NCBI GenBank assembly: GCA_027717925.1
Contig: JALLON010000002.1
Span: 1-43,713 of the forward strand
From: Acidobacteria bacterium AH-259-G07
GTDB lineage: Bacteria > Acidobacteriota > UBA6911 > RPQK01 > JADFOI01
Length of the DNA: 43,713 nt
Reading direction: 5' to 3'
Shown here: one piece after another, positions 16,441-24,879 of the stretch
Layout: each line of letters opens with the position of its first letter
Position numbering within the stretch: position 1 is the stretch's first letter
Notes under the pieces: generated by a model
Database searches by the model: none
Told to the model about the DNA's origin: nothing
What the model saw: the letters and a program-made list of their open reading frames with translations, nothing else
Made by a program: the position numbers and the translations under genes

Positions 16441-17005
16441 AAAGAAGACCAAAAGTTTCAGTCGAGGGTAGTCAAAAATTTGACAATTTACCTATTCGGA
16501 AGTCTATCATTTTACCGAAAACGCGGCAAGCAACCTAGCTCAAGTTATCCACAACCTCTCTGCTTCAACATTCCAGAACCTGTCATGCCGACTTAAACTA
16601 TTCGGACGACAAACTGAACTGGGACCAACAGTGGTATCGTGTCACTGGGGCTCCCCTTATTGCCGGATCGATGGAGGACAGGGATTTATTGGGCAATCCT
16701 TGTCCCTGACCTGCCCCCACGAGTGGTACCACCCTCTAAGTTAGAGCCGGAATTTTGGCCCTATGACCGATCGCTATCCTGCTGTTAGAAAAGGCCGTTA
16801 GAAAATGCTATTGGAAAAATGCTAATTGAAGGCGTATATTGGGAATAACCCATAGAATTCAGAGGGGTTATCTTGCGCAGTAGATGTCACATAGTCCGCG
16901 GGCAGTTTGTTTCGGTATTTCCAAATTCTTTTCACAAGGCAGCCCCGGGAGGATAGGATCAAGCCAACAGTGAGTTGTGACTTGTCAGTAGCGGGAGGGA
17001 GTGTA

Positions 17006-18454
17006 GTGGAGTGTCCTCAAAAGTCTTTCCTTCATAGAGTTTTCTTGTTTCTTGTCATACTTTTAGGTTCCTGTAATGGATTACCTGACCCACCTCCTTG
17101 GGAGACATGCCCGGGCCTGGTTCCCAGAGACAGTTTGGCTGGGGCCACCAGGCCCTTGACTGCCGACGAGCTTGTTGTCTACCTGGACACCAGTGGCAGT
17201 ATGGCGGGTTATGTTTCCCTTGATCCCCAAAGACAAACGACTTTTAGTCGCACACTGCAAGAGTTACGGAGTCTCTTCAGCATCTTGGACCCACCAGTGA
17301 GAATTCTGGTGCGGCGAGTGGAGAAAACGGTGGGTCGGCCAGAGAATGATCGAGAACTGAGCACGGCATCTGTTACGAAAGAGATGTTTAGAGGAGGGGA
17401 AACGGATCTTGCAGGAGCCATCGGTCTCTTCCCCGAGAGTCTCAGCCGTGAGTTACGAGGTCAAACAGGGGAGGATGATTCTCGACCGCCTCGATTCCAC
17501 ATCTTAGTCACAGATGGAGTCCAATCAACAAAGGAAGAAAGATCTGACTCGCCCTGCATTGCTGGGTCAGATCAAATTTGTATTCGGAAAAAAATCCTTG
17601 AGTTACTGAACAGTGGCTGGGGAGGGTGTATCATTGGGATAAGAAGTGAGTTTGAAGGTAAGATCTATTCGGAAGTTAAGCCAGGACTCATTATTGATTA
17701 CAGCGACGAATCGGACATAGACAGATTTCGCCCATTTTACCTTTACATATTTTCCCCTGACCGTGTGGCTCTCGACGATCTGGTAGAGACCCTGATTGAC
17801 AGACTGGGCCAGGTAATTCAACAGCAAGATCTAATTCGTGTACTGCCTCTGACGTCTGGTTATAGAGTTGGTTTTGCGGAGGCCGAGTTGATCATTCCAG
17901 AGGAGCAAGAAGAGTGGTTGGAGCTTAGCAGGTTGAGGGAGGAGAATCCGGCGCGGCTAACGTTGAGGGTCAGTGTCGATACTGAGGATTCTGGGCCGAA
18001 ACCTTTTGATGTTTCTCTTTCCATTCCTTGGTCCAATACGGCTAAGAAGATTGGAACTCTGGAAGATCTCGCGGCACTTGTATGGTGGGATTTGACTATT
18101 CTGAACTGTGAGGATGTGGAAATTTCAATTGAAGACGAAAAACGACGGTATCCAGAGATTACTCTGATTGGGTACGAAACCGACCCAGCCGGACGAGTAG
18201 TGCTTCATGCGTCTGCTCAATGGCCGAAAGATATAGGTGTTCTTTCTTGGCACGTTTATCGGATCGAAGGACGCCTGGATCTGAAAGAGCATACGCCTCT
18301 ATGGGTCCGGGAATGGTCTACCAACTTGGATATCAGTGAGGAGACCGGAAACAGGACCCTTAACTTGGAAAGTATGCTCTTGGGGCTTTGGCGAAACGAT
18401 TTGCTTCAGCGTCAGGTTTTAGCCGAAGTTTGCATTAGAGTAGGACCTTTATGA
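17006..18454 (+). CDS. vWA-domain lipoprotein
   Basis: The frame is open from TTG 16907. GTG 17006 has GGGAGGGAG 5 nt upstream and gives (M)ECPQKSFLHRVFLFLVILLGSC, with lipobox LLGSC. MIDAS elements: YLDTSGSM (D at 17186), GGETDLAGAI, ILVTDGVQS. The roughly 280-aa C-terminal region is unassigned. Confidence 0.75.
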   Translation: MECPQKSFLHRVFLFLVILLGSCNGLPDPPPWETCPGLVPRDSLAGATRPLTADELVVYLDTSGSMAGYVSLDPQRQTTFSRTLQELRSLFSILDPPVRILVRRVEKTVGRPENDRELSTASVTKEMFRGGETDLAGAIGLFPESLSRELRGQTGEDDSRPPRFHILVTDGVQSTKEERSDSPCIAGSDQICIRKKILELLNSGWGGCIIGIRSEFEGKIYSEVKPGLIIDYSDESDIDRFRPFYLYIFSPDRVALDDLVETLIDRLGQVIQQQDLIRVLPLTSGYRVGFAEAELIIPEEQEEWLELSRLREENPARLTLRVSVDTEDSGPKPFDVSLSIPWSNTAKKIGTLEDLAALVWWDLTILNCEDVEISIEDEKRRYPEITLIGYETDPAGRVVLHASAQWPKDIGVLSWHVYRIEGRLDLKEHTPLWVREWSTNLDISEETGNRTLNLESMLLGLWRNDLLQRQVLAEVCIRVGPL

Positions 18455-18476
18455 CTTTTGGAGGTAGCTGAAGAAG

Positions 18477-18872
18477 ATGCTCGCTGAAATTTTGGGTTCT
18501 CGTATCCTAAGATTCTTTGCCAGCAACCGCGACTACGATGATTGGCAAGACACTGCCGGTGAGTGGATTTTTGCAGCAATTGTGGTGTCGGTGCTGGGCG
18601 CAGGTCTTATACTGGGTTACAAGTGGCTTCAGAAAAGGTTAGCGAGTGTCATTAAGAAACAGACGTGGAGCAGGAATGAAACGCTGGTTTTGGTGTTTGT
18701 AGGCCTTTTTCCGGTCTTTATCCTTGTTCTAATCGTCTGGTACTCTTCACGAGATTTTGTAAATGTAATCGGTGTTGGGGGTTTAATAAAAGGAACTGTA
18801 TTGTCCTGGATTCTATATCTGTTTTTCACAACGCTTGGGCACCTGGGGCCCTGGCGAAGAGAACTTTTCTAG
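18477..18872 (+). CDS. small membrane protein (131 aa, about 3 TM)
   Basis: ATG with GGAGG upstream. Hydrophobic helices: WIFAAIVVSVLGAGLILGY, LVLVFVGLFPVFILVLIVWY, VLSWILYLFFTTLG. It lies 22 nt after the vWA gene and 11 nt before the next gene. Confidence 0.7.
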   Translation: MLAEILGSRILRFFASNRDYDDWQDTAGEWIFAAIVVSVLGAGLILGYKWLQKRLASVIKKQTWSRNETLVLVFVGLFPVFILVLIVWYSSRDFVNVIGVGGLIKGTVLSWILYLFFTTLGHLGPWRRELF

Positions 18873-18883
18873 GGAGGCTTGTT

Positions 18884-21800
18884 ATGAAGAACGTCTTTAT
18901 AGCTATCGGAGGCAGTGGCGCCAAAGTGGCTGAAACTTTTCTTCGCCTCTTGGCTATTGGTTTTCCAACGCGGAGAGAAAATACTGTTCTCACAAGTTCT
19001 GGTAACTCTCTTCAGGTATGGCGAGTTGACACAGACCTTAACTCAGGTGCAGCCGCGTCGCTTCAAAGTTGTATGAGGGACTACACTGAATTGCAAAGGC
19101 ACCTTGGGGACGATGCTGGCAGTCGGTGGGCAATGGAGGTCGATCCCAAAATCCGCCATCTCAATCCACTACAATTATCTCCCGCTGATGCCAACGATAA
19201 CATTATCAAGACGCTCAGAGGAATTCTAGATTCGAGGTATGGCGATAAGAAAAGCTCCGCACCATTGCTCGACCCATTTTACGAAAACAATGAGCTTGAC
19301 GTCGTTATAGATAGAGGATTCTACCAAAAGCCCTTTATCGGGGCAGCTATAACGGCAGTCTTTGCGGACTCGCTGACAGACGAAACCTCACCAGCTGGAA
19401 GGGTAGCGAGACTTACTTCTTTCTACGACAATGAGACGAACTTTTTCGTATGTGGCAGTTTGCATGGGGGCACAGGAGCATCTGGACTACCAGTTATGGG
19501 GCGCTTCCTGAGCACGCGACGAAAACCTGGACGGCGATGGCGTATTGGAGCGTGCCTTTTGGCTCCTTATTTTATCCCTCCACAACCACCCTTCAAGGCC
19601 TTGGAAGCAACTGCACAAATCACGGATGAAAAGATTGAAGAACTAGTCGACCAGCACGCTAGTGACCCTGCCTTCAAAGATCTGTTGCCTGAGCGAAAGC
19701 GAGAACTAGTCCGGCAGATTCTCCAAGGCTTTTACGCAGATCCGAATGAGATGGAAGCTCGTGCTCGACAAAGCCTCCTATATTACAAAGAGTACAGTAG
19801 TGAATATTTTGACGAAGTCTACCTCGTTGGTAAACCGGAACCAGACAAGCTAACAATTTGGAGTAATGGCGGACCAAGTCAGAACAACCCGCTCAATTCA
19901 GCCGAAGTAGTTGCGGCCCTTGCGGCTTTAAGGTTTTTTTCCAGATCGAGCAAGGAGAAGCCTGGTCGCTACCTACTTGGTGCATCAACGGGGGACCTAG
20001 ATTCTCAGAAGATGAATTTGTATCAGTTGCCCAGATATAGCATTGGTTCTGGCGAAGACATTGACCCGGAGAAGGTTTTTCTGGCGACTGCCGTCCTGCA
20101 TCATCTTTTGCTTCACCAGATCCGTTGGGAAGTACCGGCTAAGAGTTGGAGTGGCATCGAGGGACTACGAGATGTTTATAAAAACAATGAGACAAAGAAG
20201 GAGTCCGACTACAAGGATTACCAGGAAGCTCTACGTATCATCGCTAACTTTGCGAAGTCGTTGGTTTCACCTCATGAGACGATTGCGAGAGGGTGGAGCG
20301 GTGCTGATTCAAGCCAATTCCATGAGTTTTTCTCAGGTGACGAGGGTAGGATCAAGCAAATTACAAGCAAAGTAGCTAGGAAAAATCCGTGGAGTATTGG
20401 GGCCAAAGGGTCTCTCGTTTTGGGGCGGTCTGAGATCACGGTGTCCACAGTAGCATTCGGTAGATGGTCTCCTCCAGGGCCACAGTTTGATCGAGGTGAG
20501 TATCTTCGTTCTATTTGGTCTGAGCTCTATAGTAGGGCGTGCGATGTTAAAGGTGGCGAAACAAGCAAGGGGAGCGCCAAGGTGTTCCTTAATAGGGGTA
20601 TCGTGGGCGGTGGAGCAGGTGTTTCTGCAGACCGCATTTTTTTCACTCTGGCAAAAGACGATGTCGATGTGCCTGAATACGATCCAAAATTCTTTGAAAC
20701 CTTTCCAACGGCATGGGCCAGTGCTTATGCCTTTGTCAAAACGCTTGAGGCTAATAAGACGTCAGAGGATCGAACGGTGAAAATCGCAACCGAAGAATGG
20801 GCCTCTCTCCTTCTGCTCCATTATTACGGGATTGCCCATTTACAAGAGTACGGGAGAGAAGAGCTGCAGAGAAATTACGATAAGGATCTCTGGCCTGCCC
20901 TGAGTGGAACCTATCCTGCCAAAGGTACCGACCTTGACAGGGTAAGCGTGCTTGAAACTGACGATGCAACTGTCTTGGGAGGATACTATGAAGAAGTCGT
21001 ATTTTTCCCAATTCGCAATCGCTCTAAGTGGAGCCAAACAAAAGAGACAGTTCTTGGCAGGTATCTCGGGGAAGGTTGGCGGCGATTATCCTGGAAGCTT
21101 TGTTCCGAAGAACTTTTGAAAGAGGACGACAGGAAGAAAGAGTTCCATAAGCACCTGAGGCAGGTTATAGAAATTCTGCCGAGTTCGAAACTCAAACACC
21201 GATTAGAGAGGTTCTGTGACAGTAAGTTTGGCAAATGGCTAGGTGTTTTAGTAGGTTCTTTGACTAGATACCCGAGAGAATGGGAGATTCCTGCTGACCA
21301 GCCTAAATCGCCTAGCACGCTCTTAGATGCGTATCCGTTCAAGAAAGGGGACGAAAAGGTCGGATATACCTATTATCTGGTTTCGGGAATGCCACAGCCT
21401 CAGCCGTGGGCTACTAAGGTTATTGTCAAGGAAGGCTGCTCCCCGTATCAGTATAGAAGGACCGGTAAATCTGAAATTACAGTCTATCTTGCCGGTCAAA
21501 AGATAAAATGTTCTCTGAGAGATAATGATAAGATTGTTGAGCTTAAAGAACTTTTTTTGTCCGATGACCCCTATTGGTCCAAAATCGATCACCCATCGGA
21601 AACTCACTCCTTTAGGATAAAGCCCTTCCACATCGTAGACTTGCGAGCTCCTGAGCTGAAAAGTGACGAGATGGCTGTGTGCCTGGCGCCACTCAAGAGA
21701 GAATTCTTAGAACATTTCCCTGAGTTGTTTTCAAATCTGGACAGAGTAGGAGTTTTCGCGGATGGGGATGCTGTGGTTTGGTCAATGCCAATAGTTTTTG

Positions 21801-23953
21801 AAGAAGAGGAAAAAACTCTTCTCTGGCGTACTACACCTATCTTACATAAGGCGCTTTCTAAGACATCAGTGGCCATCTGGCCTCCAAAGGTTTCCGACGA
21901 GTGGAGACTCTATATAGCTTATGTAACTGGTGGCAAGAAGAAAGAATGGGGATCATGGCACCTGATTGACGAGAATGGGGTAAAAGGTACGAGCATTGAA
22001 CTAGAAGAGGATGAGCACGTTAGTGTTCTAAAGAATGTGAACTCGCCGAACAGACCCAGAGCCTTACTTTTTGAGGACCATAAGAGTACAGAAAGGGGTC
22101 TTTTGCTCCTCGCTGGTTCCGACAAGGACAAAGACATTCGTGCCCCAAGCCTAGATACAAAGGTCGTCTTGTCTGTCGATTTCGGAACGAGTAACACATG
22201 TTTTGCTTACAAGAAGACTGATTCTTCGGTCCTCACTTTTGGTGTCAGTCCGGCAATGGTTTGGGGACCCAGTTTCCCTGAAGGGCCTGGCTTTGTCCCT
22301 TTTGAATGGGGGGGCAGGAAGGGCTTTTTCCCAACAGTTTTGCTATCGAGGCGGAACGCACGGAAGCTGTTTGAGATCGACCCGAGCGAGATTAGAATCG
22401 AGCAGTTGACCAGAGTCGACATCCCAGGTCTCCATTTCGGATTGGAGAAAGCCCTATATCATGGAGAGTTAAACGCGCTGTGGGAAGGGCACACAGACTT
22501 AAAGTGGGGTTTAGACCTCCAGACTCCCTGGCGTTCTTTGTTTCTGGCATTATCGCTACTTTACGCCCATGCTGAAGTGTTTTTCGGTGATGACAAGGGC
22601 GGGAAAATCGATCAGTATGTTTTTACCTTTCCATTAGCAATGTCTACCAACAAAGAGCACTTTCACAACGAAGTACGAAGGCTAATTCGGAAGGTGCGAG
22701 AGTGGTGCTACGGTTCGAGCTCAACGGATTTGGATTACATCGACTACATTAGTGAAAGCATAGCTGTTGCACGTCACGCTCGTGTCGGTAAGAGCCGATC
22801 AAGCATTGATTTATTCATTGATGTAGGTGGAGGAACCGCAGACATTGCTGTGCGTCGCAAGCACGACTTCCTAGCTTTGGATAGCATCAGGGTGGCCGGA
22901 AACACCTTTTTCAAGTTCGCTCAAAAGAATTTCGCTGAGGATGAGGATATTGTAGGGGCCTCGCAGTTCAAAAGGCATCTGGCCAGAGTTTTGTTGCCTG
23001 GGAAGGCTGGTGAACTTGAGGCCAAGGATCTGCCAATGGATCTAAGCACTTTTTACTCCCTTGCGATAAATGCTTTGACAGATGAAGAGTTTAGACGATG
23101 GGAAGCAACAGTGCTAAAGGAAGGCATGGGAGAAAGAAAGAAAGACCCCTCTTATCAGCAATATCGGACGCGTTTGCTTTTCCGTCATCTTTTAGCTTAT
23201 TCGCTACTCCAAGCATGTGCTGCTACTATCCATCATCGATGTGAACTTAGAGATGGTATCAAAGTGATCCTCGCAGGGAACGGCTGGGGCCTAATGTTGT
23301 TTGGAGAACTTACCAGAAGAAGCGAAGAAATAAAAGAGGAATCCAATAGAATCCTTGGACTCTGGAAACCCAAAATGTTGGAGCTGATCGATGAAGCCGA
23401 GGGTGAGTATTTGGACCAACTTTTTGTGCGAGACGTAGAACTGCTGAATGAAAAGAACTTTGCACAAGCAAAGACGGCCGTGAGTCTTGGCGCTCTGAAT
23501 GCTGTGGAGGAGGGGCAGAAAAGTGAAACTTTGGTGAGGCCATACACGGGAATTACAATCAAAAACCTGAGGATCAATGACGACTTGGGCCCGACTACTC
23601 TGCGTTGGTGCGATAAGTGGGGATATGAGGTCCTTAAAGAGAGATTCGATTCGTTGGAGGATATTGAGAGCGTTGAGTTTGAGGTACCCCCGCAACTTCG
23701 CAAACCGCTAGATTCCATCATGACTATATTCACTTGCCTCGGAAACGCCAGGAGAATTGATCAAGATAACTCGCCTCCGGAGTTGTGGCACGATGTCAAT
23801 GCCGAGCTTGCTAGCTACATTACAGGTCTGAGTGGGCGAGAAATGGGCCCTTGCCCAGTTAATTATTTCCTTTCTGGGGTGTTATACGCCGAGGATGAGC
23901 AGCGGGATTTTCTAGATATACTCGCGGAGACTAACGGTCGCTATAGCGCGTAG
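18884..23953 (+). CDS. 1689-aa fusion protein: N-terminal tubulin/FtsZ-like GTPase domain, about 700-aa unassigned middle, C-terminal Hsp70/actin-like (ASKHA) ATPase domain
   Basis: ATG with GGGAGG 7 nt upstream. N-terminal motifs: VFIAIGGSGAKV (T1 loop-like, 18908), WRVDTD, RGFYQKPFIGAAI, and FVCGSLHGGTGASGLPV (tubulin signature GGTGSG-like, 19463). C-terminal motifs: VVLSVDFGTSNTCFAY (phosphate-1, D at 22178), LFIDVGGGTADIAV (phosphate-2, D at 22820), VILAGNGWG (adenosine-motif-like). No TM segments. Confidence 0.75.
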   Translation: MKNVFIAIGGSGAKVAETFLRLLAIGFPTRRENTVLTSSGNSLQVWRVDTDLNSGAAASLQSCMRDYTELQRHLGDDAGSRWAMEVDPKIRHLNPLQLSPADANDNIIKTLRGILDSRYGDKKSSAPLLDPFYENNELDVVIDRGFYQKPFIGAAITAVFADSLTDETSPAGRVARLTSFYDNETNFFVCGSLHGGTGASGLPVMGRFLSTRRKPGRRWRIGACLLAPYFIPPQPPFKALEATAQITDEKIEELVDQHASDPAFKDLLPERKRELVRQILQGFYADPNEMEARARQSLLYYKEYSSEYFDEVYLVGKPEPDKLTIWSNGGPSQNNPLNSAEVVAALAALRFFSRSSKEKPGRYLLGASTGDLDSQKMNLYQLPRYSIGSGEDIDPEKVFLATAVLHHLLLHQIRWEVPAKSWSGIEGLRDVYKNNETKKESDYKDYQEALRIIANFAKSLVSPHETIARGWSGADSSQFHEFFSGDEGRIKQITSKVARKNPWSIGAKGSLVLGRSEITVSTVAFGRWSPPGPQFDRGEYLRSIWSELYSRACDVKGGETSKGSAKVFLNRGIVGGGAGVSADRIFFTLAKDDVDVPEYDPKFFETFPTAWASAYAFVKTLEANKTSEDRTVKIATEEWASLLLLHYYGIAHLQEYGREELQRNYDKDLWPALSGTYPAKGTDLDRVSVLETDDATVLGGYYEEVVFFPIRNRSKWSQTKETVLGRYLGEGWRRLSWKLCSEELLKEDDRKKEFHKHLRQVIEILPSSKLKHRLERFCDSKFGKWLGVLVGSLTRYPREWEIPADQPKSPSTLLDAYPFKKGDEKVGYTYYLVSGMPQPQPWATKVIVKEGCSPYQYRRTGKSEITVYLAGQKIKCSLRDNDKIVELKELFLSDDPYWSKIDHPSETHSFRIKPFHIVDLRAPELKSDEMAVCLAPLKREFLEHFPELFSNLDRVGVFADGDAVVWSMPIVFEEEEKTLLWRTTPILHKALSKTSVAIWPPKVSDEWRLYIAYVTGGKKKEWGSWHLIDENGVKGTSIELEEDEHVSVLKNVNSPNRPRALLFEDHKSTERGLLLLAGSDKDKDIRAPSLDTKVVLSVDFGTSNTCFAYKKTDSSVLTFGVSPAMVWGPSFPEGPGFVPFEWGGRKGFFPTVLLSRRNARKLFEIDPSEIRIEQLTRVDIPGLHFGLEKALYHGELNALWEGHTDLKWGLDLQTPWRSLFLALSLLYAHAEVFFGDDKGGKIDQYVFTFPLAMSTNKEHFHNEVRRLIRKVREWCYGSSSTDLDYIDYISESIAVARHARVGKSRSSIDLFIDVGGGTADIAVRRKHDFLALDSIRVAGNTFFKFAQKNFAEDEDIVGASQFKRHLARVLLPGKAGELEAKDLPMDLSTFYSLAINALTDEEFRRWEATVLKEGMGERKKDPSYQQYRTRLLFRHLLAYSLLQACAATIHHRCELRDGIKVILAGNGWGLMLFGELTRRSEEIKEESNRILGLWKPKMLELIDEAEGEYLDQLFVRDVELLNEKNFAQAKTAVSLGALNAVEEGQKSETLVRPYTGITIKNLRINDDLGPTTLRWCDKWGYEVLKERFDSLEDIESVEFEVPPQLRKPLDSIMTIFTCLGNARRIDQDNSPPELWHDVNAELASYITGLSGREMGPCPVNYFLSGVLYAEDEQRDFLDILAETNGRYSA

Positions 23954-24038
23954 CACTGAGAGTATTTTCGAGAATTCTGGACGATTTGTTGGTTGATTTA
24001 AAGCTCCAAGCAGTGGACAACAAGGGAGTTCTTACTCC

Positions 24039-24875
24039 ATGAGGGTACGGATGCGAAGACGCCGGATTTTAATGCTGAAGCAGGTATTCGTCGGAGTCCT
24101 AGCCTTTCTAGTTCTTGTCGTGGTCCTAGTTCTGCCAGCGATTTTGGTTAACGCGGGCGTAGTTGAGTGGATAGAACTAGTCGCTGTAGGGGTGTTAGTG
24201 TTGCTCACGCACCTGGTGCTACTGTGGAGAAAGAATGTAGACTTTTTGAGCGAAATGCTCGTCAGCTTGGAGAGAATCGCTGTCTCCATGGATGCGATTC
24301 TTGATGACAAACGGGAAGCTTGGGATTACACTCGCGGGGCTTTTGACGGGTCAGTTGCTAGACTCGAAAGGAATATTATCTCTGAATTAAAACCGTTGAA
24401 AACGGAAATTAGCAACATCCTCAATGAACTGGTCAAATCCAAAACCCTTCTCACGCATTTGGAGCGAGCGTCGGTTCCTGCTCATGAGGCTAAGATGCCA
24501 CAAGGCGAGGACCGGTCGAAAGCAATACTGGATGAAGATACTCGATCTCCTTTCGTGTTTCCGGTTTCAGCCGATGAGTTTATAAGCGCTACTGAAAGCA
24601 AGGCGATTGTAGCAAAGGATGATTTGAGCGGCATTCTAGTGAGGGATATGGAAGGCAAAGGGCAGTTCCTAATCATACCCAATGCTACTGGTGGAATTCT
24701 TATCCCGAGGTTGGCGCATTTCAACAGGAAGTCCGATTTCTATACTCACTATGAAAAATATTACTATTGCAGCAACCCTTCCGCGGGAGCCATTTCGATC
24801 GTTCGGCCTGCCACTGTCGGTCAAGTGACAGGGGGTTGGAAACTTACAGAAAAAGGACAGCTGGAGATTAGTTGA
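24039..24875 (+). CDS. membrane-anchored coiled-coil protein (278 aa, 2 N-terminal TM)
   Basis: ATG start. TM helices: VFVGVLAFLVLVVVLVLPAILV and IELVAVGVLVLLTHLVLLW. These are followed by a coiled-coil segment and an unassigned, roughly 110-aa C-terminal domain (FLIIPNATGGILIPRLAHF...YYYCSNP). Confidence 0.65.
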   Translation: MRVRMRRRRILMLKQVFVGVLAFLVLVVVLVLPAILVNAGVVEWIELVAVGVLVLLTHLVLLWRKNVDFLSEMLVSLERIAVSMDAILDDKREAWDYTRGAFDGSVARLERNIISELKPLKTEISNILNELVKSKTLLTHLERASVPAHEAKMPQGEDRSKAILDEDTRSPFVFPVSADEFISATESKAIVAKDDLSGILVRDMEGKGQFLIIPNATGGILIPRLAHFNRKSDFYTHYEKYYYCSNPSAGAISIVRPATVGQVTGGWKLTEKGQLEIS

Positions 24876-24879
24876 CTCT

